A DNA stretch of 64,000 nucleotides from Azolla caroliniana (Eukaryota > Plantae > Polypodiophyta). The position numbers and the translations under genes are program-made. The DNA is taken from assembly GCA_043228905.1 (NCBI GenBank), contig JBHGNT010000014.1, positions 17,980,001-18,044,000 on the forward strand, in the 5' to 3' direction. Below, one piece after another: positions 1-13,206 of this stretch (the first letter of the stretch is position 1; each line of letters begins with the position of its first letter). The notes beneath the pieces are model-generated. The model was given only the letters and a program-made list of their open reading frames with translations, made no database searches and was not told the DNA's origin.

Positions 1-250
1 GACCGGCTCGACTTCGACCAGCATGGTCAAAGGCTCGTCCGGAGGAGCGGCTCTAGAGGAGCTGACTCAGATGGTGAGGGACCTTCAGATTGCACAAGCA
101 AGCAGGGACGGCGCCGAACAAGTCCATGACCGAAGGCCTCCGGCTGGGAACCGGTGCTTGTGGTGCGACGCGGTCGGCCACGCCCAAAAGGACTGCGGGG
201 ACTTTGCCAAAGCAATAAGAGCTAACGTGGTGTACCTATGGAACGGTCGG
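1..250 (+). mobile_element. gag: Gag fragment (CCHC zinc knuckle) of a fungal-type Ty3/Gypsy element; 5' part lies outside the window
   Basis: CLWCDAVGHAQKDC knuckle; collinear with gag at ~19870-20115. Confidence 0.85.
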
Positions 251-259
251 GACCAAATA

Positions 260-802
260 TGTCGTGTTGCTACGCGCGTGCGTGGAGAAGGGCGGGACAC
301 TGGGGTCTTGGACTAAGGAGTAGAGGAGAAGGAATAGGACATGGAATGGAAGCTTTGCTCAAGAAGAAGAAGAATGAACAAGAGATTAGATCGAACAAGA
401 GGAAGATGGAGACAAGATGATCAACAAGATATATTAAAACGAAATGAACGATTACAAAATGGTGGCCGCATAGGCCCCACCAAACGACTACTCGAAACCC
501 TAACCGACGAAGATGAAGATAAAGATAAAGAAACCCTAACCCTAACCCTAACGCTCCACCTATGTGGTATACCTCGCACACTCAAAATAGGCAACCCCCA
601 CAATGGTGCCTTCCCTCTCCTTTTATAGCACAAGGAGGGAAGACCGTTTACAAAAGTGAGACTAAAATATCCCCTTTCATTCAAAGGGGATATTTGCCTT
701 GATTTGGGGAGGGTGAGATTGATGGCCCTTAACTCCCGCCTCCACACAAACAACTAGGTACCTATGTACCGCATAGTACCTCTCTCTCTCTCTCTCGCGT
801 GG
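260..802 (-). mobile_element. Truncated LTR, duplicate of 3892-4430
   Basis: Near-identical to 3892-4430; preceded by PBS remnant ACCAAATA. Confidence 0.8.
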
Positions 803-1344
803 AAGTGGTGGCTTGCCACGCGGAGACCGTCCACTACTCGGCATCGGCTGGAATCCGGGTCGGAAGTGATGAAGTTTGGAAGACGAAGGAAGCTGGATTC
901 TAGCTGTTGGTGCTGGAAGGCCTCGCCGGTGTATGGCCAAGGAAAGAGGAAGCGGACCGCGCGGAAAGACGGGTCCGGGAGGTAACCGAGTGGAGTGACC
1001 CGGTCGAAGAGAAGACGGGCTTCGTGGAAGCCGCGTGCCAGAACTACGAGGTTCTGGTGGAAGACAAGTGCGCGGGAAAGACTGAGGGAGGGGGGGGGAC
1101 CCTCACAACGGTATGAGACCCGGTTCGGGCCAAAGCAGAATGATGTTAGTGCATCCGGTGCACCGGACAAGGCCAAGAAGGCCGGTTATCGGTTGAGCAC
1201 AGAGATCGAAAGGACCACGGACCTACGAAAGGTCCTGGAGGAACAGATCCTCGACAACAAAGTGGAGCTGTCGTTGAGGGAAGTGCTCGGTATCGCCAAG
1301 AAGGAGTTCCACGACTCCATCGTAGACTTGGTGAAACAGAAAAG
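803..1344 (+). mobile_element. Duplicated Gypsy gag C-terminal segment (copy of ~4675-5215)
   Basis: Same peptide YRLSTEIERTTDLRKVL..ILDNKVELSLREVLGIAKKEFH in both places. Confidence 0.8.
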
Positions 1345-1700
1345 GCTACGGAGAGCAGGATGGTGCAGACCCGGTGAGAACCGGATGAGGAGTACCCGGC
1401 TACGGAGAGCCGGATGGTGCAGACCCGGTGAGAACCGGATGAGGAGTACCCGGCTACGGAGAGCCGGATGGTGCAAACCCGGTGAGAACCGGATGAGGAG
1501 TACCCGGCTATGGAGAGCCGGATGGTGTAGACCCGGTGAGAACCGGATGAGGAGTACCCGGCTACGGAGAGCCGGATGGTGGAGACCCGGTGAAGACCGG
1601 ATGAGGAGTACCCGACTACGGAGAGTCGGATGGCGCAGACCCGGTGAAGACCGGATGAGGAGTACCCGGCTACGGAGAGCTGGATGGTGTAGACCCGGTG
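1345..1700 (+). repeat. 54-bp tandem minisatellite (~6.5 copies) in Copia LTR U3
   Basis: Unit GGCTACGGAGAGCCGGATGGTGCAGACCCGGTGAGAACCGGATGAGGAGTACCC, contiguous with no spacers. Confidence 0.9.
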
Positions 1701-1873
1701 AGGAATGCTCACCTGTGGGCTACCGTGGTTTTTCCCTTAGTTTGGGTTTTCCACGTAAACATCATGCGTACTTTTCCCTTATTCGTGTCGTGCATTATTT
1801 CCTGTTTTTTGTGTGTGATTCTAAGCTCAGTTGTGGCCGAGTGTTGCGTATACGGAGCGTGCAGTTCCCGACA
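1345..1873 (+). mobile_element. 5'-truncated Copia LTR (same family as 63061-63944)
   Basis: Same 54-bp array, GGGTTTTCCACGTAAAC and GTTGTGGCCGAG motifs; ends ...GTTCCCGACA. Confidence 0.8.
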
Positions 1874-4606
1874 CGTAGTGCATGCTTCACGTCACGCTCA
1901 TCCGCCGTAGACCCGACCTCCGCGTTGGTCTCTTCGTCATTCTCACACCTGGCATCTGCTCCGGTACCCGATTCCGCATTGTCTTCCAACTCCTCGCCGC
2001 CACCCGCCATCTCTTCGGTCTTCCGTTGATCCGCAACCGCCGAAGTCTCAAGCATAGGTGTGGAGGGCTCCTCTTGCTCTCGGCCTCTCACCGACCCGTA
2101 CTCGTCGTGCCCGGCTACGAATCGATCAAGCAATCCCGGTCTTGCCGGCTTCCTTCGGTTCGGGCCCGGTTGACCGGCCCCCGCTTCACTCTTCTTCCGC
2201 TCCGCCTCCCGGTCGGGTCGGATTACCAACCGGCTTATCTTTCGGTCGGGTCGGTTCTTGACTCGCTCCTAGATGCTGCTCCGGACCTCTCCTTCGGTCT
2301 TTTCGCACGTGCCCACTCCGGGCCTCTCATCCTCACGGCCACCGCCCATCTCTCCGGTCTTATGTCCGCGCTCGGGCGCAACCGCCGAAGTCTCTGGCCC
2401 CGGTGTCGAGGGATCTCGCCTCCGTCCGCTACAAATCTCCTCTTCGTCATTTCGGTTGCCCGCCTTGCCGCCACCACCGTCCGTCTCTCTAGGTCTCACA
2501 CCGGCTCTCGGGCCGGTTGCTAGAGTCTCTAGGACCGGTGTGTGGAAGGTCGTGGCACCGCCACTCGTCTCCTCTTCTTCCTCGATTTCGCAAGCCTCGA
2601 GTATGCTCGCGAAATACTCGTAGAACGTTTTGGGCAACCGTGTCCCGAAACTTTCGCCCACTCTCGAAGTGGCGTCCATTGCTCCGTAGATATCGGCCTC
2701 ATCCATGGCCGTCCTCTTTCCACAAGTCGAGAGGGTCTCTCGCTCCGCACCCTCTCCCACATCGTTGTCGTGGTCGCCCGCCTTGCCGCCGCCACCGTTC
2801 GTTACCCTAGGTCTCACGCGGGCACTCGGGCCGGCCGCCGGGGTCTCTTGAACCGGTGCGTGTAAGGTAGCAATGCCGCCACTCGTCGATGATATGCCCG
2901 TAGCCACCTCCATTCGGACATCGTCGTCCGTGGCTACCCCGCCTCCGTATATGCAAGCATCAATTATGCTTGCCGCCTCCTCTTCCACGGTCTCCATACC
3001 GTTGTCTCGGTTGCCCGCCTTGTCGTCGCCACTGCCCGTCGCTCTAGGTCTCACGCCGGCAATCGGGCCGACCGTCGGTGCCTCTAGGGCCGGTGTGTGT
3101 AAGGTCGCGGCACCGCCGCTTGTCTCCTCCTCACTCGATGTTTCGGGCCTCCATGCCCGAACTCCCTCATGTCGGCTCGAACCGGCGATCGCCGCCTCAC
3201 CGTCCCCGACCTCGTCCTCAATTGATCTTTCTCTGTATGTCAAGAGGGTGGCTCACTCAGCACCCTCTCCCGTGGTACCGATGTACCATTCTCTTTCGGC
3301 CTCCTCATCCTCCGATCCGCTCGGGCCCGACTCCGCAATAAGCCCTTCTTCGGCTTCGATTTGTGCCTCTACGATCTCATATGCTTCCCGCACCAAGGCT
3401 TCGATGTCGAGCTCCTCCGAACCGATTTGTGTTGAGCTCTCTTTCCAGCGATAGTGCGTAGTCGGTCGCCGCTCTCTCTTCTCCGCCGCTCGCGGTCCGC
3501 GTTGTGGCCGACCGCCTCTCATTGCATTGTATGCACGCCCATTCCACCTCGTTCCAATCTTCGGTGAGGCCGTATGCCCCTTCATCGTCTTCGAGGTAGG
3601 GAAAAATGGCCATTCTCACCCTTTCATTGACCGACTTCAAGAATAGTGGGACCTTGTCTGCCCCCACCGATTCTTGATCCCAAACCGAAAGTTGGGAAAA
3701 CCGGAGATTGAACTCCCGGAATGCCTTCATTGCGCTTCGAGGAGCCTTTGCCGACGACACCCATAGATCGAACTCCCGTCTTTCTCTCCTTCTTGCGTAA
3801 TCCCTTGCCATTCTTGTAATTACTTCCGCGATGTCTCCGTCTTCCATCTCCTTCCTCCCTTGCCGCCTCTTCACGTCAGCTTCACCAAATATGTCGCGTT
3901 GCTACGCGTGTGCGTGGAGAAGGGCGGGACCACAGGGGTCTTGGACTAAGGAGTAGAGGAGAAGGAATAGGACATGGAATGGAAGCTTTGCTCAAGAAGA
4001 AGAAGAATGAACAAGAGATTAGATCGAACAAGAGGAAGATGGAGACAAGATGATCAACAAGATATATTAAAACGAAATGAACGATTACAAAATGGTGGCC
4101 GCATAGGCCGCACCAAACGACTACTCGAAACCCTAACCGAAGAAGATGAAGATAAAGATAAAGAAACCCTAACCCTAACGCTCCACATATGTGGTATACC
4201 TCGCACACTCAAAATAGGCAACCCCCACAATGGTGCCTTCCCTCTCCTTTTATAGCACAAGGAGGGAAGACCGTTTACAAAAGTGAGACTAAAATATCCC
4301 CTTTCATTCAAAGGGGATATTTGCCTTGATTTGGGGAGGGTGAGATTGATGGCCCTTAACTCCCACCTCCACACAAACAACTAGGTACCTATGTACCGCA
4401 TAGTACCTCTCTCTCTCTCTCTCGCGTGGATGTGCGCACAAGACCACATCACCTTTATACCTTAGGGATCCTATGGGGCATTTCTAGCACCATACACTTT
4501 ACCCTTATTACTATTACAAATACATTATGTACGTGTGCAACATTGCACATCGCTCTTTGGCTCTCGTTGCTCGGGTTTCCGCTTGTGGACGAAAATCTTC
4601 ACGACA
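1874..4606 (-). mobile_element. Truncated gag-only non-autonomous LTR element: 5' LTR 3892-4606, tRNA-Trp PBS 3871-3887, gag-like ORF pieces 3377-3874 and 2269-3243
   Basis: LTR starts TGTCGTGAAGA on minus strand; PBS TGGTGAAGCTGACGTGA; FREF..RFSQL..DQESVGADKV.LFLKSV gag motif; no pol motifs. Confidence 0.75.
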
Positions 4607-7600
4607 ACGCTAGCGAGACCCGAAGGGCCCTAGATCTGAATGTTGGATGAGGGGGTAGGAAACGACTGATTGAAGAAGTGGTGGCTTGCCACGCGAAGAC
4701 CGTCCACTACTTGGCGTCGGCTAGAATCCGGGTCGGAAGTGATGAAGTTTGGAAGACGAAGGAAGCCGGATTCTAGCCGTTGGTGCTGGAAGGCCTCGTC
4801 GGTGTACGGCCAAGGAAAGAGGAAGCGGACCGAATGGAAAGACGGGTCGGGGAGGTAACCGGGTGGAGTGACCCGGTCGAAGAGAAGATGGGCTTCGTGG
4901 AAGCCGCGTGCCAGAACTACGAGGTTCTGGTGGAAGACAAGCGCGCGGGAAAGATCGGGGGAGGGTGGACCCTCACAACGGTATGAGACCCGGTTCGGGC
5001 CGAAGCAGAATGATGTCAGTGCATCCGGTGCACCGGACAAGGCCAAGAAGGCCGGTTATCGGTTGAGCACAGAGATCGAAAGGACCACGGACCTACGAAA
5101 GGTCCTGGTGGAACAGATCCTCGACAACAAAGTGGAGCTGTCGTTGAGGGAAGTGCTTGGTATCGCCAAGAAGGAGTTCCACAACTCCATCGTAGACTTG
5201 GTGAAGCGGAAAAGGCTTTCGATGGAGCCGGAGCTAGTGGAGGTGTGAACGACGCACCTAGACGACATGGCCCTGGAGGACGAATTGGCGGAAAGCCACT
5301 ACTCGAGACGACACTAGGCTAGGGCCACTACAAAAACCCATGTTCGGATCGGCGACGTCCAGGAGGGTGTGGTGGCGTTGGTAGACCATGGTTCGGAGAT
5401 CAACCTGATGTCCATGGACTTCTACAAGAAGGGAAAATGGCCTATCAACACCAAGCACGGGTGGAAGATACGGGCAACAACGCGCCCCACGGAGGAGCTA
5501 CATGGAGCCTGCCCAAACGTACGAGTGAAAATCGGCGATGTCGAGATCGATCAACACTTCTTCGTGCAGGAGACGTCCTCGCATCCGGTTATACTTGGGG
5601 AACCGTATATCAGGGCGGCGCGGATGGAGACAAAGGTGTTGGACAACGGTTTGGCATATGCACGTGTCAAGAGTTAGGATGGGCGTCAATTGGTCCAGTT
5701 CCTGACGGTGCGACCGAACCATAAGCGTAACCGCGAGACCCCCGGTGGCGAAAACCAAGAGGATTTTTAGAGAGGGCTATCAAGGCGTGGGGCCACGATA
5801 GTCTGGACACCCCGGAAAAACCCCACAAATGTACTATAGGCAAAAAGACCTATACCATAGGTAGGAAATTTTGGTTCTCCGATAGCGGAGGTTGTACGAG
5901 AACCGGCGTAGTTGGCCGGGAAAAGAAGCGAGCAGAGGAGCGACTTCGGGCATGCGGAGTCCTTGGCCCTGAAGAGGAAATCAACGGAGCCGTGGAGGCG
6001 GTCTCTTTTGACGACACCTTAGGGAAGGTACAGGAGGTGTTTGGAGAAGGCCTTAATGAGGACCGGACGATTCCGGTAGGTTCGGAAAAGATGCACGAAG
6101 TGGACTCGAGTCGGATCGGACGGCCCGAGTGGATACAAAGTACAAGACTATGGACAGGAAGGTGAGGCCAGTCGCGGCACCCTTGCTGGAGGGCAGCGAG
6201 TTGACGGATAACGGGGGTCGCGTCAGACCCAAGTTTACGAGATCCGGCCAGCATAGGACACACATTCACTGACATAACGCTACGGGAGCTCAAGATCGGT
6301 GGGGGTGGCTTTCTACTGCCGACGGAAGAGGACCGGTTTCGGAGAATGATCGGGAGGCACGGGAAGGCTTTCGCATTCTCACCGGAGGAGATCGGGTGCG
6401 TAGACCCAACGGTTGTGGAACCAATGGTGATCTTCACGGTACCACATGTGCCGTGGAATCTCAAACCTATTCCGGTACCCAGAGCTCACATCCCGAAGTT
6501 GATGGAGCTGCTGAAGCAGAAGGTGGAGATGGGCATCCTCGAACCGTCGGGGTTGTATCCTGGACATCACTATGCCGTTTCTAGATGACATCCCGATCAA
6601 AGGATGTCCGGTGGAGGATAAGGACGAGTCGGTCGGGTCCGACGGTTGTCAGAGGTTCGTGACAGATCACATCTGCGACTGCGAGTAGGTGCTACATAGA
6701 CTTGAGAGTGCACGACTCACCTTCTCCGGAGAAAAATCAACCTTTGGACAGCCGGAGATCTTGGTAGTCAGACACCTGTGCGGGCCTTACGACCGGAAGC
6801 CGTCCTCGGCGACGGTAGAAGCCATCTCCGCGATGAAGGATGATTGCGGGTTGGTCACGAAGGTCTGAAGGATCCTGGGGGCATGTACGTTCTATCACAT
6901 CTGGATTCTGCACTATGTGCATGTCACGGAACCGCTTTACGGGTTGCTGAAGAAAGGGCGTAAATTCGAGTGGAGAGACGAGCACACGGTGTCGGTCTGG
7001 AGACTAAAGGAGGCGCTCGCCACCGCACCGACTCTCCGGAAGGCGGTTTACGGCAAGGAAGTCCCCATTTACGTGACGATGGACACGAGCCCCACCGGGA
7101 TCGGGTGGGTGATCAATTAGGAAGATGAAGACGGCGTATGGTTCCCGATCCGGATTGGGGCAAAGGTATTGAGCGAGCAACAGCAAGGATACGCCCAAAT
7201 CAAGCACGAGCTATGGGGTGTCATTTCGACAATCAAGGCCGACAAGGACTATTTGATCGGGACGGAAGTGATCATCGAGACGAACTGCCTACCGATTCTG
7301 GGTATGGTTTCCGGATGCGCGACTTCGGACCTGGCGATGCTCAGGTGGCTCGCGTACATCAAGTCCCTGAACCCGGAGATACGGTACATCTTTGGGAAGG
7401 ATAACGCCATGGCCGATATGCTTTCAAGGGCGCGGTTCAGCGACGAGGATGGCATGGATTCAGATAACGAAGAAGTCGGCGATGACTTCTTCAACAACAA
7501 GAAAGGGGAGCACTCCGGCGCTTAACGAATTCAACGAGAGCGAGTACGACAGGGAGTGGCTCCAGATTGGCGGGTTCCTAAAGACAATGACACCAAACGC

Positions 7601-8717
7601 AACGTGGACGAAGGAATAGACCAACTGGATTCGGAAGAAAGCGTACCGATTCTTCCTACGAGACAGGAGCATATGGAAGCACCCGAAGAAGAGAAACGAC
7701 ATCCCGCTCCGAGTGGTGGCAAAGAAAGAGGAATAGGAAGAGTTGTTGACGGCATACCATGACAATTTGCTGACGGAGGACACAGTGTATCTGAAGGAAC
7801 GAGAAGTGTGCATGCGGTCGAAAGAAGGGCCAACAACGGGGCACGCGTACTACGGGATCCTCCACACTAGTCTCGGAGACCTTGGTAGTTTGGCCCCCGT
7901 GGCAATGTAAGACCAAGGAGAAGGCAGATGGCGGCGAGGGGATGAAGGCGGTGGAGATTAGTGCGGAACGAGAACCGGGACGACGCGAAGGTCGACGGAG
8001 GCCAAGTGGGCCATCATGGGTGCTCCTCGGACGGAGGACACCACGTATCTGAAGGAACGAGAAGTGTGCATGCGGTCGAAAGAAGGGCCAACAACGGGGC
8101 ACGTGTACTACGAGATCACGGCAGACGACCTATTGGCGGGTCAAACGAGCCTACGGAGAGGCAAGCGCGGAGAATGAACCGGAGCCGGGATGCAGGTCAC
8201 GGAGGACTAGTTTCTCACTGGCCCAAATCTTTCGCCTTTCTCCAGATTTGACATGCGGTTTGTTGGGGGCGGATGTCGTGAAGATTTCGGGCCACAGTGA
8301 GAAATCGGTGAATATCAGAAGAATCGGCGGAGTGCATCATGTGTATTCACCCTTGTAAAAACGTGTGAATAATAGGAGTTAAGTCGGGACAGAGGATCCC
8401 ATGTAATAAGGGATTTATCCCACATTGTTATGCATCCCTCTCCTTGTTCTATAAAAGAAGGGAGCGCCCTTTGTTAAAGGGTTGCCCATTTTGAGTTAGG
8501 AGGGTATACCGTTAGGTTTAGTATTCCGTTTATCTTTTCTTCTTCATCCTTTTCTTCTTCCCCTTCGTGTTTGCTTAGGGTTTGCTTCCGCTCGGTCTCT
8601 TGTGCAAGACCCCGCTCGATGTGACAAGCCCGTGAGCTCCCCGATCGGCAGCTTGGCAACAGACGGCTACTGTAACCTACCTTGGTCCGGCTCGAAGCCG
8701 GGGTTGTATCTTTCCCA

Positions 8718-8755
<38 letters not shown>

Positions 8756-8997
8756 TGTCGTTTGTGCATACCGGTGTATTTGGTGGAGTCGGGAGCACGA
8801 CCCCTTGTCTTGTGTGTAGAAGAGTCGGTGCAACGTGTTCTCTCTCTCTCTCTCTCTCTTCCTCTCTCGCATTTGGTAGCCACAACCAATGCAGTCGGGA
8901 CTGGAGAGAAGTCGGCTTCCGACACCCCATCACTTCCTCGTCTGAGACCCCCATGGTCCCGCCCCTCTTCTACACGTACCCGCGGAATACCGTGACA
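4607..8997 (+). mobile_element. Degenerate fungal-type Gypsy (rest of gag, protease, partial RT, RNase H) ending in PPT and LTR 8274-8997
   Basis: VALVDHGSEINLM protease, PFLDDIPIKGC, NAMADMLSR; many stops and deletions; PPT TTGGGGGCGGA then TGTCGTGAAG...CCGTGACA. Confidence 0.85.
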
Positions 8998-9000
8998 CCG

Positions 9001-10390
9001 TCTCGATAAAAGGTGCGATGCCCTTCTTTACAAGCTTGTATGACTCACGACGTACAAGTTTTACGATGCTCAATTTGCATCTTGGGGAAGTCTTCATCTA
9101 GGTAGATAGGGTCCCCATTTAATCCTCGAAGAATTGACCTCTCTTCTTAAAAAATGTGATTCTAGATTCCAAGTCTTTAAATTGAAGGACTAAAGCTCTC
9201 TTCCTAGTAGTGACACATTCGACCCTCCAAGTTTTGGTGATTCGTAAGGCCTCTGTGTACTCTAACATTTTCCCGAGTGTTTGTACATCTTCTTTGGGAG
9301 ATGCCCCTTCCTTGAGCCCTATGCCTCATACATTTAGGCATCGAGCTTGACGCATTTTCTCTTCCTCAAGGGTGTGTTAAGGATCTATGTATCGATGTAC
9401 TAAGTTCCTTGATGTCGTGGTGGGATTCGGACCGGCGTATACCCTCTTGATGGCGAATAGGGCGGAGACGGTTGTTAGATACCTCCGAGCCTCACACTCA
9501 CTTAACGATTAGTAAATGATTAAGCACGATATCTCTCTCACTCTCTCAAGCTCTCTCTCATAGACAGTACGATGGAAGAGTATGTTAATTAACCCTCTTT
9601 GCTAAGAGGTCTAGCAACAATAAGGAGAGAGATTAGTGTTCTCTAACGAAACACCTCACTAATCTCTCTTAAGCTCAAAGGTTACAAGAAGGAGGAGAGG
9701 AAGCTCTAGCTCTAATCAATAGGATATCTTTACAAATGGGAGAACCCTTCTAAAGCCACCACCATGTGGTTTATATAGTATTTACATTTAGGGTATGGAA
9801 CTTTCACACTTCAATGTCCTTTAGCCCTCTTTCCTCTTGTCATTCCCTTTTCGTAGGTCCTTTCGCCATACTGTGTCCTTGTTGATGCGCTCTACTTCAC
9901 GACTAGTCGTGGTGCTATCCAAGGGCTTGTCATTCCCTCTTCGTAGGTCCTTTAGCCATATTGTGTCCTTGTTGATGCGCTCTTCTTCACGACTAGTTGT
10001 GGTGCTATCCAAGGGCTTAACATGGTGGTGTTTACAATATTTTCATCCTTTAGTTCCTTCTTAATGTTACGTTTTACTACATCGACCCAACCTATTTTCC
10101 CTAATTCCATGTTGCTTCCTACCTCTTCCTTAACCTTTTTAATCTCGTCCTTAATATCCTCTAGGGACGATATTTCATCATCTTCCCTAGATGTCTCGAG
10201 GTTAGTAACTTGTTTCTGAAGGTTCATGTTGTTTATTTTGAGTTTTGCTATTTCGGTCCTAAGCATGTCTCTTTCTTCCCTATCTTTTTGCTTTTGAGAT
10301 TCAGTCTCTTTTGCCCATTTTTTTATTTTAACTAAACGGTTAAAGACATGTAAGAATTCTTCCTTACTTATAGTTTCTTCATGTGTTTCC
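9001..10390 (-). pseudogene. Degenerate LINE ORF1 (coiled coil plus RRM-type, CR1/L2-like), split by a solo LTR
   Basis: Coiled-coil ORF in 10023-10390 continues across the LTR as LEEEKMRQAR.LNV.G...IYLDED. Confidence 0.55.
9375..10022. mobile_element. Solo LTR (648 bp) with an internal 90-bp tandem duplication (9836-10015)
   Basis: TGTTAAG...CTTAACA termini; flanks GGGTG/TGGTG (5-bp TSD with one mismatch). Confidence 0.75.
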
Positions 10391-10573
10391 TTATGGTCGG
10401 ATGGAACCGGAAGGGATCCGGAAACCGGATCGGATGGATCCGGTGTGAACCGGATCCAAGGACATATCTCTAAATATGTTTCTAATGCGCCTATCATGGC
10501 GATAGTTGTAAATAGTCCTAACATCATATAAGTATAAATATGACTTAGGGCAATCACTATGAATGAGTTATTG

Positions 10574-10610
<37 letters not shown>

Positions 10611-12480
10611 AAAGGATTTTCTGTTGTAACCGTCGGTTGGCAAAGACATAGAGCTCGAGGTCGTTGCCTCTGAGTCTTCACTGTATCCTTCGTCTCATAG
10701 TGATAGTTGGAGTTTGTGGGCTCCCATGGTTTTTCCCGATTAGGGTTTTCCACGTTAACATCTTGACATGTCTTTCTTTGCTTTCTATTTCTCTGCTCTC
10801 TTGAGACTCGGTTGTGGCCGAGCGCTATTCCTCTCAAACTGGTATCAAAGCGGAGGTTCTAAACCTTGAAGAGAATGGAAGATTCATTCGGAAGCATGTT
10901 CAAGCTCACCGGCGCCAACTACCCAGTGTGTAAGTCGAAGATGAGGGACATGCTCGTGGTCCACTTCTAGAAGATTTGCCGACACTTCCGGAAAACCAAA
11001 GGGGAAGTCGACATTCCAGAACCGAAGAAGATTTTGGAAAGGAGAGGAATGTCGACGATCGCGACAAGTGAAGAAGAACAAGTGCTAATCACCGAGGAGA
11101 GTGAGCTACATCTTGTCAGTGATCGACTCCGGTGCGTCATTCCATCTAACCCCCGACCAGAAGTGCTTCTCATCGTACAGAGCCGGAGATCACGGTTCTG
11201 TCCGGATGGGAAATGAAGGTGCATGCCGAATTGTTGGCATAGGAGACGTGAGGTTGATGACTTCTACTAGGTGCAAGTTGTTGCTGAAAGATGTCCAACA
11301 CGTTCTGGAGGTTCGGTTGAACCTGATATCAGCCGATCGGCTGGATGATGAAGGTTACACGGGTAGCATCTGGAGAAGTCATGAAGTTCAGCAAAGGAAG
11401 CTTGATCGTGGCCCAAGCTCGGAAGATCAACACATTGTACTTGATGCATGCCAGATTTTTTGGGAAGAAGTGAATGTGGCATTCGACAATGCCTGTGAGC
11501 TATGGCACAAGAGGTTGTGCCATTGAAGGTGTTCGGTTGTCTCACTTACGTGATGTTGCAAAGGACAAGAGAGCAAAGTTGGATCCGAAGTCCCGGCCAT
11601 GCATATTCCTTGGATACGACGATGATGAGTTCAGATATCGAGTATGGGACTTGGTTGACAAGAAGGTCTTCCACAGTCGAGACATAGTCTTCATGGAAGA
11701 CAAGAGTACTGCCGACTAGGAGTCGGAGAAGAAGATAGTGAACTCCGGGCTGACCGATAGAGATCGGTCGGAAGATGCAAGGAACCATCCGGTCGGAAGT
11801 CGGATGACACTCGAAGAATTGGCCGAAGTCGGACCAGAAACCGAACCGACCGAAGAAGAAGGAATGGACACTATAACAAGACAAGAACCCGAATCAGATT
11901 CGGATGAAGAGCAGACGGTGGAACCGGTGACCGAAAACCAAGGACGAAGATACCATCTTAGGGAAAGAAGAGACCCCCAGAGATTTCCGAAAGAAGGTCG
12001 AATATTGCTAACCGGCGAGGGGGAGCTAGAAAGCTTCAAAGAAGCAAAGAAAGGCACCCACATCCGAAAGTGGTTAAGTGCCATGCAGGACGAGATGGTT
12101 TCCTTGCATGAGAACCATACATATGAATTGATGGAGCTGCCGAAAGGAAAGAGATTCCGCTGGAAGAAGTGGGTGTACAAGCTGAAACCGAGAGACGTCG
12201 GAAATCCTCTGAGGTAGAAAGCATGCATCGTGGTGAAGGGTTTCCAGCAGAAGAAAGGAGTGGATTTCAATAAGATCTTTGCCCCGGTAGTGAAGATGAC
12301 ATCCATCCAAACTGTGTTGAGCATTGCGGCAAGCATGGACCTTAAGGTAGAGCAACTAGATGTCAAGACGATGTTCCTACATGGCGACCTCGAAGAAGAG
12401 ATCTACATGCAACAACCGGAAGGATTTGTCAAGAAAGGGAAGGAGCACTTGGTGTGTCGTTTGAAGAAGAGCTTATTTTG
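10390..12480 (+). mobile_element. Internally deleted Ty1/Copia: partial LTR to 10836, tRNA-iMet PBS 10840-10851, gag/PR/INT/RT fragments
   Basis: TGGTATCAAAGC; VIDSGASFHLT, WHKRLCH, KLDPKSRPCIFLGY, QLDVKTMFLHGDLEEEIYM; collinear with the intact Copia at 26408-30481. Confidence 0.9.
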
Positions 12481-12571
12481 TTATTAACGGCTCGGTTGTA
12501 GCAAGGAGTGCGGGCGACTTTGTGATATGGTCGATAATGTAATAGGAAAAGAAGAGATTCTGAGCACAGAG

Positions 12572-12574
<3 letters not shown>

Positions 12575-12620
<46 letters not shown>
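12575..12620. repeat. (GA)n microsatellite
   Basis: Seen directly. Confidence 0.9.
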
Positions 12621-12622
<2 letters not shown>

Positions 12623-13206
12623 TCAAGAAATTTTCATTAAAATGAAAGGAAAGACCTTATGCAGCAAACTAGTTTCACTCGCTTAGAGCCCATCAGTGCA
12701 AAAGGTCATGTAAATACAAAAGGTGGTTTATATAGGATGTTGAGAATGGGGAAGGGAGGAGAAAGAGGGAAAGTATAATCATAGTGAGTGGGGTGTAATA
12801 AGAGTGTAAATAGATGGAAGGTTGTAAGGATTTAAGGTGGAAGATCTTGATGATAGGGGGGGTGGTGATAAAGGGGAAAATGAGTTGGTGATAGGAAGAT
12901 TGGTAGGAGCGATGGCGGGAGCGTGAGCAGTAGTAGAGCGTGGAGTGGGAGCAGCAGAACAGGGCGCGCAGACAGGGCGAGCAGGAGCAGGCGTAGGTGC
13001 ACGATGAAGAACGCGCGCGCCGTCCACCAGAGCAAGAGCAGGAGCAGGAGCACAACGTCAGCTGCTGTCCAGGTACTTCCACACCCACAATCCTCCCTCC
13101 CTCCCCCAACCAGAAAACGCACATTAATTAATTAATTAAAAAACACACAAAACAAAGGGGGAAGGGAAGACCAACATAGATAGCCTCGCAAGACACATAA
13201 CTCGCT

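Noticed and set aside
1345-1700. 54-bp repeats as a CRISPR array, or the 344-aa ORF 995-2029 as a repeat protein
   Set aside because: Units are contiguous with no spacers and belong to a Copia LTR; the ORF is a chance fusion because 54 is a multiple of 3
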